DNA of 64,000 nucleotides, from contig JAZDDE010000064.1 in assembly GCA_036679495.1 (NCBI GenBank), positions 631 through 64,630 of the forward strand, in the 5' to 3' direction. The DNA comes from Gemmatimonadota bacterium (lineage in GTDB: Bacteria; Gemmatimonadota; Gemmatimonadetes; Palauibacterales; Palauibacteraceae). Positions 38,876 to 48,064 of this stretch are shown piece by piece (positions within the stretch are counted from its first letter, which is position 1; every line of letters starts with the position of its first letter). Under the pieces are notes generated by a model. It searched no databases and was not told the DNA's origin. It saw nothing but the letters and a program-made list of their open reading frames with translations. Made by a program: the position numbers and the translations under genes.

Positions 38876-40381
38876 ATGACGTCTCGTTCTCCGGATCAAC
38901 CCGGCGCCGCCTCTCCCCGGGACGTGCTGATTCGCCTATCGGGTGAAATCACCACCAAGGGGCGACACACCAGGCTGCGTTTTCAGCGAGGCCTGGCACG
39001 GAATCTCCGCGCAGCGCTGGATCGTCGGCATCTCGCCTACAAGCTCGAAGAGGACTGGAGCCGCCTGTACCTGAGTCCTGAACCAGACGAAGACAGGGAT
39101 CTGGCCTCCTCGGGCCTTCTGGACGAAGTGTTCGGGATCAGTTCCTACTCTCCGATTGACGCCGAGTGTGAAGCCAACCTTGAGCGAATCGTCGAAGCAG
39201 GGTCTCGGATCTATTCGGACCGCGTGACCGGGCGCAGCTTCGCCGTGCGCGCCCGGCGTTCGGGCCAGCACGGATTTGGGTCGCGCGATGTGATGGTGGA
39301 GCTCGGGGCCGCGCTGAACGAGCTCGGAACGGTGGATCTTTCCAACCCGGATGTTGAGGTCAGCGTGGAGATCCGGGACCATCGAGCCTGGTTCTATTCG
39401 GAGCGAATGGAGGGAGCCGGTGGACTCCCTCTCGGAGTGGAGGGGCGCGCCGTCGGACTCCTATCGGGCGGATTCGATTCCGGGGTCGCTGCCTGGATGC
39501 TGCTCCGCCGGGGAGTAAACCTGGACTACGTATTCTGCAATCTGGGCGGCGCGGCCTACCGTCGCATGGTTGTGCAGGTGGCCCACGTACTGGCCGACCG
39601 CTGGAGCCATGGCGTGGCCCCGCGAATCCACGTAGTGCCGTTCGACTCGGTGGTGGCCGAGCTTCGACGCGTAGTCCGACCGGTGTACCTGCAGGTAGCC
39701 CTGAAGCGCCAGATGTACGCCGCGGCCCAGCACATTGCTGAGGCAATGGGCGGCGAAGCGGTCGTTACCGGTGAGGCCGTGGGCCAGGTCTCGTCGCAGA
39801 CGCTTAGCAACCTTCGTGCTATCGACAACGCGACATCGCTGCCAGTCCTGCGCCCGCTCATCGGCCATGACAAAGAGCAGATCATTGCGTTGGCCCGGCA
39901 CGTCGGAACCCATGACTTATCCGCGCGTGTCCGCGAATACTGCTCGATCGGAGATGGCCGAACCGCCACCGCAGCACGGCCCGATGCGGTCGAGTCAGAC
40001 GTGGCCAAGATGAATCCATCAGTTCTTGCCGGGGCTCTGGGTCAGACCGAAACGATTACTCTGAAACAGCTAGATTTGGCAGAGCTGGCTGTAGACGGAC
40101 TGTTCGTTGATGAAATTGCGTCCGGCGCCACTGTTGTGGACACCCGGGACGCGGCCGCCTTCGGTGCCTGGCACTGGCCAGGGGCGGAAAACCATACGAT
40201 CGCGAGGATTTCTGGGCGCAGCGATACGTTGAACAAGAGTCGCGTCCACGTGCTCGTGTGCGAGCAAGGATTGCTGAGCGCGCAGCTGGCCGAGCGGCTT
40301 CAGTCCGAGGGGTACGAGGCATACAGCTTCGCTGGCGGAATTCCCGCTCTTCGGCGGCTGCAGGAGGAAGGTTGCCGGTGA
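38876..40381 (+). CDS. thiI: tRNA 4-thiouridine(8) synthase ThiI with C-terminal rhodanese domain
   Basis: 501 aa. LIRLSGEITTKG (THUMP region), PP-loop LLSGGFDSGVAAW, GEAVGQVSSQT, and a C-terminal rhodanese-like segment with VHVLVCEQG. Confidence 0.9.
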   Translation: MTSRSPDQPGAASPRDVLIRLSGEITTKGRHTRLRFQRGLARNLRAALDRRHLAYKLEEDWSRLYLSPEPDEDRDLASSGLLDEVFGISSYSPIDAECEANLERIVEAGSRIYSDRVTGRSFAVRARRSGQHGFGSRDVMVELGAALNELGTVDLSNPDVEVSVEIRDHRAWFYSERMEGAGGLPLGVEGRAVGLLSGGFDSGVAAWMLLRRGVNLDYVFCNLGGAAYRRMVVQVAHVLADRWSHGVAPRIHVVPFDSVVAELRRVVRPVYLQVALKRQMYAAAQHIAEAMGGEAVVTGEAVGQVSSQTLSNLRAIDNATSLPVLRPLIGHDKEQIIALARHVGTHDLSARVREYCSIGDGRTATAARPDAVESDVAKMNPSVLAGALGQTETITLKQLDLAELAVDGLFVDEIASGATVVDTRDAAAFGAWHWPGAENHTIARISGRSDTLNKSRVHVLVCEQGLLSAQLAERLQSEGYEAYSFAGGIPALRRLQEEGCR

Positions 40382-41142
40382 GCACTCCTGCCGCCGATCT
40401 CAGTCTCCAACTGCCGGACCCGGCCCAGCGGCCGCGACACGTAGCCATCATCATGGATGGGAACGGCCGCTGGGCAAAGGAAAAGGGCCTGCCGCGGTGG
40501 AGAGGGCATCGGCAGGGCATGAAGTCGGTTCGGGAAGCGGTTGAGGGCGCACTGGAGGCCGACTTGGAATTTCTGACCCTGTACGCCTTTTCCCAGGAGA
40601 ACTGGAATCGGCCGAGGCTCGAAGTGAAAGCACTCATGAGCCTCTTGTGCGAGTTCGTAGAAATCGAGAAGCACGATCTCCGCGAGCAAGGAGTCCGGGT
40701 CATGTTCTTCGGTGAGCTGGAGCGGTTGTCGAAGGCGGCCCGGAAGGCTGTCCAAGAGCTTGAGAGTCATACGGCCGATCAGACGAGAATGCAGCTCAAT
40801 TTCGCCATCAGCTACGGTTCGCGAAGTGAGATCGTGAGAGCCGCACGCCGGCTTGCTGAACAGGTGGCCGACGGCAATCTGAGCCCGGGCGACGTAGACG
40901 AGCAGTCGATGAGCGGCGAAATGCTAACGGCGAGTTGGCCGGATCCGGACCTCCTGATTCGCACCTCCGGTGAATTCAGAATTTCGAACTTCCTCCTGTG
41001 GCAGATCGCGTACGCGGAGATTCACGTGACGCCCGTGCTGTGGCCTGACTTCACGCGAGCCGATCTATATGGAGCGCTGCGCGATTTCGCCGGCCGGGAG
41101 CGCCGGTTCGGTGGCGTCGGCGGGCAGGGCGGCGACTCTTGA
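40378..41142 (+). CDS. uppS: Di-trans,poly-cis-undecaprenyl-diphosphate synthase
   Basis: GTG 40378 is preceded by AGGAGGAAGG. HVAIIMDGNGRWA..LTLYAFSQENWNRP..IRTSGEFRISNFLLWQIAYAE..RRFGG. Confidence 0.9.
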   Translation: MSTPAADLSLQLPDPAQRPRHVAIIMDGNGRWAKEKGLPRWRGHRQGMKSVREAVEGALEADLEFLTLYAFSQENWNRPRLEVKALMSLLCEFVEIEKHDLREQGVRVMFFGELERLSKAARKAVQELESHTADQTRMQLNFAISYGSRSEIVRAARRLAEQVADGNLSPGDVDEQSMSGEMLTASWPDPDLLIRTSGEFRISNFLLWQIAYAEIHVTPVLWPDFTRADLYGALRDFAGRERRFGGVGGQGGDS

Positions 41143-41963
41143 GCAATCTCGGACAGCGTCTGACGGTGGCTGCCATCGGGATTCCGGTGGTCGCTGCGGT
41201 GACCTGGATCGGTGGGCCGTGGTTCGCTGCGGGCCTGTCCATTCTGGCCGCCATCGCCACCTTCGAGCTCATGGGAATGCTGAAGCAGCGGGGATCCCAC
41301 GTCCCAGCCCGCCTCGCGGTACTGGCTGCGGCCGCGTTTCCGCTGCTCGTCTACGTCAGCGGACTGGGCCGAATGTGGCTGCTGATCCTGGCCACGCTGT
41401 TCCTGGTGACCGTCTACACGACCCTGACGGTGAAACCTGAGGATGGGCCGTTCACCTCGGCAGCGCTCGCGGTCACTGGAATACTCATGGTGGGCGGGCT
41501 TCTGAGCTTCGGCGTCGCACTCCGCAACATGGGGATGGACAGGACCGAGGGTACGCTGTTGTTCCTGCTTCCCGTTGTGCTGACGTGGGTGACGGATTCG
41601 GCCGCTTATTTCGGGGGCGGCGCCTTCGGTCGCCACCAACTGGCGCCCATTATCAGCCCCAATAAGACGCGGGAAGGCGGAGTCGCGGGTCTGCTGGCCG
41701 GTGGGATCGGCGCTGTGATCTACGTCTGGCGTCTACTGCCCGAGCTCTACCAGACTTGGGGCATCGCGGGTGCGGCGCTATTTGGGGTAGCCATCGCGGC
41801 CGCAGCGACGGCGGGCGACCTGGCCGAGTCCGCTCTGAAGCGAGAGTGCGGAGTGAAGGATTCCTCGGCGCTGTTGCCGGGACACGGAGGACTGCTGGAC
41901 CGAATGGATTCACTGCTCTGGACGATTCCGACGGCCTTCGTGCTCTTGTGGGCGGCGACTTGA
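41139..41963 (+). CDS. cdsA: Phosphatidate cytidylyltransferase
   Basis: 274 aa, polytopic. TDSAAYFGG..SPNKTREG..GDLAESALKRECGVKDSSALLPGHGGLLDRMDS. Confidence 0.9.
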   Translation: MSNLGQRLTVAAIGIPVVAAVTWIGGPWFAAGLSILAAIATFELMGMLKQRGSHVPARLAVLAAAAFPLLVYVSGLGRMWLLILATLFLVTVYTTLTVKPEDGPFTSAALAVTGILMVGGLLSFGVALRNMGMDRTEGTLLFLLPVVLTWVTDSAAYFGGGAFGRHQLAPIISPNKTREGGVAGLLAGGIGAVIYVWRLLPELYQTWGIAGAALFGVAIAAAATAGDLAESALKRECGVKDSSALLPGHGGLLDRMDSLLWTIPTAFVLLWAAT

Positions 41964-43153
41964 GTTCAGTCCGAAACGTCGTCGTGCTAGGTGCGACGGG
42001 ATCAATCGGCCGCTCCACACTCAACGTACTTCGCCGGCACCCGGACCGATTTCGGCCCATCGCACTGGCGGCCGCCTCAAACGCCTCCGGCCTGGACGAA
42101 CTCGCGCTGGAATTCGATCCCGACTTCGTAGTTCTGGCCCACGAACCCCCAGCCGACTTTCTGCCAAGCTGGTCAGGGGAATGGAGAATCGGGGAGGACG
42201 AGATCGGACGGGCCGCAGGCACGGCGGCCGCGGACACGGTGGTCAATGGAGTGGTCGGTTTTGCAGGCCTGGAAGCGACCCTCGCGGCACTCGCGGCCGG
42301 AAAACGTCTCGCACTGGCCAACAAGGAGTCGCTGGTCGCGGGGGGACCTCTGGTGCTCGAGGCTTGGCAAAGCGGCGCGGGCGAACTGTTACCCGTGGAT
42401 AGCGAGCACAGTGCGATTTTTCAGTGCCTTCAGTCGCGGCCCGTCTCTGAGGTCAGCCGGATACTTCTTACGGCGTCGGGCGGACCCTTCCGAACTCACT
42501 CGGCGCAGGCACTTCAGGAAGTGACACGGGCTGATGCGCTTGCCCATCCTACGTGGGACATGGGCGACAAGGTGACGGTCGATTCGGCCACGCTGGCCAA
42601 CAAGGCGCTGGAGGTAATCGAGGCGCATCTCTTGTTCGGTGTGGACTACGACCGCATCGAAGTACTGGTCCACCCGAGCTCAGTGGTTCACTCGATGGTG
42701 GAGTTTCGCGACGGGTCCACCATAGCTCAGCTCAGCAACCCCAGCATGGAAATCCCGATCCAGTACGCCCTCTCGTTTCCGGAACGGCTGGAAAACGAGT
42801 TCGCGCCTCTGGATCCGGTGCGTGGGGGCCCCCTCGTATTTGAGAATCCACGCAGCCCTGATTTCCCGCTCCTGGACCTCGGGGTTGGGGCCGGCCGCCA
42901 GGGTGGAACAATGCCTGCGGTATTCAATGCGGCCAACGAGGTGGCGGTTGCCGCCTTCCTCGAAGGTGCTCTTGATTTTCAGGGCATTTCGGCCATAGTA
43001 GGTGACGTTTTGAACCAGTCGGATCCGGATCCGGTGCGCAGCCTTGACCAACTCCGCGAGGTCGATGCCCGGGCTCGGCGGCTGGCTCGAGACGCGATAC
43101 AGACGCGGAGGCCGGAACCTCGAGAAACATCGGGTGTGAAAAGAGCGTTATGA
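41960..43153 (+). CDS. dxr: 1-deoxy-D-xylulose-5-phosphate reductoisomerase
   Basis: Proposed TTG start at 41960 (TTGA overlap with the cdsA stop). VVVLGATGSIGRSTL..LANKESLV..PVDSEHSAIFQC..LTASGGPFR..HPTWDMGDKVTVDSATLANKALEVIEA. Confidence 0.9.
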   Translation: MSSVRNVVVLGATGSIGRSTLNVLRRHPDRFRPIALAAASNASGLDELALEFDPDFVVLAHEPPADFLPSWSGEWRIGEDEIGRAAGTAAADTVVNGVVGFAGLEATLAALAAGKRLALANKESLVAGGPLVLEAWQSGAGELLPVDSEHSAIFQCLQSRPVSEVSRILLTASGGPFRTHSAQALQEVTRADALAHPTWDMGDKVTVDSATLANKALEVIEAHLLFGVDYDRIEVLVHPSSVVHSMVEFRDGSTIAQLSNPSMEIPIQYALSFPERLENEFAPLDPVRGGPLVFENPRSPDFPLLDLGVGAGRQGGTMPAVFNAANEVAVAAFLEGALDFQGISAIVGDVLNQSDPDPVRSLDQLREVDARARRLARDAIQTRRPEPRETSGVKRAL

Positions 43154-43202
43154 AAGCAGCGCCCGGGGTAACGAACAAACAGCCAACGGAATAGCCACAT
43201 AT

Positions 43203-44300
43203 ATGCTGATCACCATCCTCGCCACGATCGTCGTCCTCGGTGTCCTGATTCTGGTCCACGAGTTAGGCCACTATTGGGCAGCGAAGGCCGTAGACATTGA
43301 AGTAAGCCGGTTTTCGATCGGCTTTGGACCGAAGCTCATCGGGTTCCGGCGCGGCGAGACGGAGTATGTGATTTCCGCGCTTCCGCTCGGCGGCTACGTC
43401 AAGATGGAGGGTATGGCGGACGAGGAGGCGTACGCTGCGCTGGAGGGCGGAGCCTCGGAGGGCCCGCGGCGGCAGCCGTCCCCCCGAGATTTTGATGCCA
43501 AGCCGCTATGGGCCAGGACCATCGTCATACTGGCCGGCGTGACGATGAACATCATCTTCGCTTTCGTCGCCTTCACGGCCATCGCACGTACGCAGGGAGT
43601 GGCGCTGGCCCAGATCTCCGAAGTGGTCCCGGACACTCCGGCCGAAGCCGCAGGGCTTCTCCCGGGCGACGAGATCATTGGTGTTGCCGGTGACTCGGTA
43701 CGGGACCGCGGCGAGGTGGTCGTAGCGATTCGAGGGTCAGCGGAGCGGCCCTTGGATATCATCGTGCTGCGGGACGAGAGGATATTGGACCTGGTTGTAA
43801 CGCCTGCTCTTATCCGGGAATACGACGATATTGCCAAAGATAGCATCGAGATCGGCCGAATTGGAGTGGCGTTCGCGACCACAGGTTCGAACCGTCCGAT
43901 GGCGCTCCTGCCGGCCATCAGCGAAGGCGCCTACCGAACCTGGTTCTGGGCCACATCAATCGGTGATTTCCTGCGCCAGCTGTTTACCGGTGAGGTTCCT
44001 CCCGGAGACCTCGGCGGGCCCATCATGATCGGGCAGTTGTCAGGTGAGTTTGCGCGTTCCGGTTTCTGGCCTCTGCTCAACTTCATGGCGATTCTGAGCG
44101 TCAACCTGGCCGTGCTGAATCTGCTGCCCATTCCCGTCCTGGATGGCGGCCATTTAATGTTCTTGGGAATGGAAGCGGTCCGGGGCAAGGCCATGAGTCT
44201 ACAGGGTCGCCTCCGCCTCACCCAGCTCGGCTTTCTGATCGTATTGGGCCTGATGGTGTGGGCCTTCTCGGCCGATATCGTCCGGCTCTTCAAAGCCTAG
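43203..44300 (+). CDS. rseP: RIP (site-2) zinc metalloprotease RseP, single PDZ
   Basis: 365 aa. HELGHYWAA (HExxH), PDZ segment (PAEAAGLLPGDEIIGV), NLLPIPVLDGGH. The uppS-cdsA-dxr-rseP context is conserved. Confidence 0.85.
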   Translation: MLITILATIVVLGVLILVHELGHYWAAKAVDIEVSRFSIGFGPKLIGFRRGETEYVISALPLGGYVKMEGMADEEAYAALEGGASEGPRRQPSPRDFDAKPLWARTIVILAGVTMNIIFAFVAFTAIARTQGVALAQISEVVPDTPAEAAGLLPGDEIIGVAGDSVRDRGEVVVAIRGSAERPLDIIVLRDERILDLVVTPALIREYDDIAKDSIEIGRIGVAFATTGSNRPMALLPAISEGAYRTWFWATSIGDFLRQLFTGEVPPGDLGGPIMIGQLSGEFARSGFWPLLNFMAILSVNLAVLNLLPIPVLDGGHLMFLGMEAVRGKAMSLQGRLRLTQLGFLIVLGLMVWAFSADIVRLFKA

Positions 44301-45136
44301 GTCGGGCTGGCCTCAAACAGGCTGAGTTGTCGGGTCGGCCGGGCGCGTGCGGCCAAGATTCCGATGTCATACACGGCAGTAGGTTCGTGCTGCTCGGCGA
44401 TCTGTAGCAGGCCCTTGAAACCCGCTCGGGCCAACCGGCGCCCGACCTCGCTGTGCGCCTCTTCCCGGCTGTTGCACTCGCCGCTCAAATGGGCGAGAAG
44501 TATGCCGCCCAAGTCTGGGTGAACGAGCTCAGCCGCGAGGTCTCCGGCCAGGCGGTTGGAGAGGTGTCCGCGGCTACCTCCGATTCTCTGCTTCACCGAC
44601 CAGGGGTAAGGACTCTCCCGCAGACGCAGCTCGTCGTGGTTGGCTTCCAGAACCAGGAAGTGGCACCGCCCCAGGGCGCGGCGAACCGAGGTGGTGGGTC
44701 TCCCCAGATCTGTAGCGACGCCAATCCGGAGGCCTGTAGCCGGCTCGTGCACGCATACCGCGACAGGATCAGCCGCATCGTGAGCCGTCTGAAGTGGCTC
44801 GATTTCCAGATCGTCTACGGTAAATGCCCGGTCTCCTTCGATACGAACGACCCGTTCTGTCCCACAAAACAGTGCCGCGCAGGCGTCGGCGGTACCCGCA
44901 GTCATGAACAACGGCAGACCCCAGCGGCGGGCAAGCACGCCGGAGCCTCGCGAGTGATCCTGGTGCTCATGCGTGATCAGCGCCCCACTCAAACTCTCAG
45001 GCTCCATGCCCAGTTTTTTGAGCCGGAGTTCTATCTGTCGGCCACTGAAACCTGCGTCGATCAGGAGCCTCGTCCGTCCCCCTTCTACAACCAACGCATT
45101 GCCCGCGCTTCCGCTACCCAGCGAGGCAAGCCTCAT
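44297..45136 (-). CDS. MBL-fold metallo-hydrolase
   Basis: Start set at MRLASLGSGSAGNA.. (ATGA overlap with the upstream gene). ITHEHQDHSRG is the HxHxDH motif. The ORF track start lies further upstream inside the neighbour. Confidence 0.8.
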   Translation of the reverse strand: MRLASLGSGSAGNALVVEGGRTRLLIDAGFSGRQIELRLKKLGMEPESLSGALITHEHQDHSRGSGVLARRWGLPLFMTAGTADACAALFCGTERVVRIEGDRAFTVDDLEIEPLQTAHDAADPVAVCVHEPATGLRIGVATDLGRPTTSVRRALGRCHFLVLEANHDELRLRESPYPWSVKQRIGGSRGHLSNRLAGDLAAELVHPDLGGILLAHLSGECNSREEAHSEVGRRLARAGFKGLLQIAEQHEPTAVYDIGILAARARPTRQLSLFEASPT

Positions 45137-46350
45137 CCGCGAGCGGTATCCCAGGCGGAACTCAACCAGGGGTGCAGCGAGCCCGGCTCGACGCCTCGGC
45201 GGGCCATCACTTTTTCGGCGGTCTCCAGAAATTTCTCGCGGTCGTGTACGGCAGCTTCGGGCCCGAAGCCCCAGGAGAAGGGGGGCACCCAGACAGGCGG
45301 CCACCCGTCGCCGAACAGATTGCACCCAGCTCCGATGACGGAGCCGGTTCCCAGCATCGTGCCAATGGCTGTCTTGGTGTGATCCCCGAGTAGACTACCG
45401 AGCTTCGTAAGCCCCGTATCGACTGAGCCCTCCGGTCCCCCCAGGCGCACCTCGCCGTAATTGTTCTTGAGGTCGCTGGTTGTGGACAGCGCCCCCAAAT
45501 TCACCCAGCGGCCCAGGTAGCTGTGTCCGATGAATCCGTCATGCGCCTTATTAGTGTAGCCAAGGATCAGGCTATCCTCGATCTCGCCTCGGAGGTAACA
45601 CCACGGCCCGGTGGCGATTCCGCTCATAGATCCGCCCAGCAGGCGACAGTTGGCGCCGACCCACATGGGCCCGGTCAATCGCGATCCGGTACGTACCTCC
45701 GTGCCTTCGCCCAAAAAAATGGCGCCGTCACGAGTATCGAAAAGGACTCCGGGCTCGACCTCCACGTTGGGGCCGGCCAGCACCGGGCCGTCGCCCACCC
45801 GCTGTTCCACATCCATAAGCAGGACGCCGGTCTCCAGTTCCTGCGAAGCGCGCTCGAGGTCTGCGGCCAGTCGGTCACCCAGACCGCCAACCAGGTGCCA
45901 CGGCCCGCCGAGCAACTCACCGCGCAGCGCTACATCCGATGAGTCGCGCAAAGGCTCCAGAGACTCCAATTGACCTGGATCGAGATTGGGCGCGCCAGCA
46001 GGCAAGAAGTAGCCGGCCACTGAACCCATCAGCCGCAGCGTATGAACGCCTCCTGCCTGAAGTTCGTCCATCGGAATCGCATCGATGACGGCCCGGCTCG
46101 TCACGAGCAGCCTGACTTCGTCTGCCGGCAATTCGCCTACTTTCTCCCGGGCGCGTCCCGGCGGCGCATCCAGTTCAGTGAAGCCGTTCAGCCAGGAGCG
46201 CGTAAGCGTAGCCGAAGCTTGCAGCCCGGAGGCTTTTTCGGTGCGGCCACGGAGCGTCATGGCTCCGTACAGAAGTTCGGCGACAGGTCTAGTAAGGGCG
46301 AACGGATGCCATGTATCCGCAACCGTGTCGTCGAATACGTAGAGCTTCAA
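45133..46350 (-). CDS. Left-handed-beta-helix protein with degenerate N-terminal nucleotidyltransferase-like domain (putative sugar nucleotidyltransferase, alt-GlmU-like)
   Basis: 405 aa. N-terminus MKLYVFDD..PFALTRPVAELL lacks the GxGxR motif. The C-terminal half has hexapeptide-like repeats (..VEPGVLFD..GEGTEVRTGSRL..VGANCRLLGGS..IGHSYLGRWVNLGA..GSVIGAGCNL). Confidence 0.6.
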   Translation of the reverse strand: MKLYVFDDTVADTWHPFALTRPVAELLYGAMTLRGRTEKASGLQASATLTRSWLNGFTELDAPPGRAREKVGELPADEVRLLVTSRAVIDAIPMDELQAGGVHTLRLMGSVAGYFLPAGAPNLDPGQLESLEPLRDSSDVALRGELLGGPWHLVGGLGDRLAADLERASQELETGVLLMDVEQRVGDGPVLAGPNVEVEPGVLFDTRDGAIFLGEGTEVRTGSRLTGPMWVGANCRLLGGSMSGIATGPWCYLRGEIEDSLILGYTNKAHDGFIGHSYLGRWVNLGALSTTSDLKNNYGEVRLGGPEGSVDTGLTKLGSLLGDHTKTAIGTMLGTGSVIGAGCNLFGDGWPPVWVPPFSWGFGPEAAVHDREKFLETAEKVMARRGVEPGSLHPWLSSAWDTARG

Positions 46351-47387
46351 TCGCCCGCCTCGTTTTCAAGATGATCCAGCAACTCCTTAAGGCGCTCGGC
46401 GCCACCACTGCTGGTTACCAGAGTCTGGTCGCCGCTGCGCACGACGACCAGACCGTCGACGTCGAACAGCACGACTCGCCCATCTTCGGACCACACAATG
46501 TTGTCGGACGCTTCCAGCAGGCTGGCCGAGCCAACCACATGATTGCCATCTCCATCGGCCGGTTTGGTGCGGCCGACAGCGCTCCACGTACCCACATCGT
46601 CCCAATCGAACGTGGCTTCGACGACCTCGACGTTGTCGGCCCGTTCGAGGACACCGACGTCCACGCTAATCGGGGTGACCTGGTCGAAGAACGCGACGGG
46701 ATCCCCGCGCTCCAGATGGGGCAGTGCCTCGCTGATTTCAGGCGTCAACTCCCTGACCGCCGCCAGGAAATCGGCCGCCCGCCAGGCGAAGATTCCGCTG
46801 TTCCATACGTACTCGCCGGAGGCCACGTAGGTTGAGGCTCGCGCCCTGTCCGGCTTCTCTTCAAATCGCCTGACCATCCGAACGCCAGGGGCGCTCTCCT
46901 CGCCGAGCCTGATATAGCCGTAGCCTGTATCCGGGCGCTCCGGCTGGATACCCACGCAGACCAGCGCGTTCCGCGTCTCGGCCGTATGAACGGCACGATC
47001 GAGTGACGTTCTGAATTCCTCAAACGGAGAGATCACGTGGTCCGCGTGGAGGGAAATCATGGTGGCCTCAGCATCCGCCTGCCACAGTCTAAACGCCGCC
47101 CAGGTGAGGGCCGGACCGGTGCCGGCCGCCTTGGGCTCCAGGAAGAAATGATCATCGGTGAGCCACGACTCCGTCTGGCGGAACAGCTCGGCCAGACGAT
47201 TTTCCGCCAGGATCCGGACTCTGTCTCGTCCCGCGAACTCGGTCGCCCGGGCCAGCGTGTCCGAGATGAGAGGTCTGTCTCCGCCGAGCGGCAGGAGCTG
47301 TTTAGGCCGCGCTGGTGTAGAAGCGGGCCAGAACCGGGATCCGATTCCACCAGCCAGGATCACGACGTGTGGTCGCATGGATCGCAA
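46347..47387 (-). CDS. Mannose-1-phosphate guanylyltransferase-like NDP-sugar pyrophosphorylase
   Basis: 346 aa. VILAGGIGSRFWPASTPARPKQLLPL..; the central GYGYI motif is typical of the ManC/CpsB N-terminal domain. Confidence 0.8.
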   Translation of the reverse strand: MRSMRPHVVILAGGIGSRFWPASTPARPKQLLPLGGDRPLISDTLARATEFAGRDRVRILAENRLAELFRQTESWLTDDHFFLEPKAAGTGPALTWAAFRLWQADAEATMISLHADHVISPFEEFRTSLDRAVHTAETRNALVCVGIQPERPDTGYGYIRLGEESAPGVRMVRRFEEKPDRARASTYVASGEYVWNSGIFAWRAADFLAAVRELTPEISEALPHLERGDPVAFFDQVTPISVDVGVLERADNVEVVEATFDWDDVGTWSAVGRTKPADGDGNHVVGSASLLEASDNIVWSEDGRVVLFDVDGLVVVRSGDQTLVTSSGGAERLKELLDHLENEAGD

Positions 47388-47515
47388 GGTAACACGGGTG
47401 CGCGGTCCGGCACACGGGAGATTATCGGTCGCCCGGAAGATTTCCGCGAGTGCTTGACACTATTTCACATGGCCCGGCATCTTGGCGGATTAGGACCCCT
47501 AACTTCGGACGAATT

Positions 47516-48061
47516 GTGCTCAAAAGACATTTGATCGCCCTCGGCGGTTGTACGGCACTGCTCACGGGCTGTAGCGATACGCTCGGGACCACGCTGATCC
47601 CGAATCCCATGGAACCCGTTGAGGTATCGCTATTCGATTTCAATGACGGCAGTCTCATCGATCCGGCGGCCTATGACCTCCTGAACAATGTGACGGTTCG
47701 GACGGATCAAGTTGCAACCTGGGACTTTCTTTTCGCGCTCGCCCCGGACGGTACGGCCACCCTCGAGCCGCGCTCGGCCGTTACCGGAGAGGACTCCGAT
47801 GCGGCTCTTCAGCTGTCTTCGGACGGCTTCAACGGGATTACGGAAGCGCCGTTGACCGGGTACTCCACGGGAGCGTTGACTGTTCAGGAGGGCGATGTCC
47901 TGCTGGCAGTGAGCCGGCGGAATCCCGTTTTCTCCGTGCGGTGCCGTCTGTTCGCCAAGTTCGAGATACTTTCGATCGATCCGGGCACCCTCGAGATGCA
48001 ATTACGGATTGTACGGAACCCCAACTGCGAGCAGACAGACCTGCAGCTCGCCGAGGCCTAG
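47516..48061 (+). CDS. Putative lipoprotein, unknown function
   Basis: GTG 47516. VLKRHLIALGGCTALLTGCSD has a lipobox LLTGC. No family recognised. Confidence 0.5.
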   Translation: MLKRHLIALGGCTALLTGCSDTLGTTLIPNPMEPVEVSLFDFNDGSLIDPAAYDLLNNVTVRTDQVATWDFLFALAPDGTATLEPRSAVTGEDSDAALQLSSDGFNGITEAPLTGYSTGALTVQEGDVLLAVSRRNPVFSVRCRLFAKFEILSIDPGTLEMQLRIVRNPNCEQTDLQLAEA

Positions 48062-48064
48062 GCC

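Noticed and set aside
47388-47515. A sigma70-type promoter (TTGACA at about 47453) in the divergent region between the ManC-like gene and the lipoprotein gene.
   Set aside because: There is no acceptable -10 hexamer at 16-18 nt spacing, and promoter consensus for this lineage is unknown to me. This is too weak to report as a feature.
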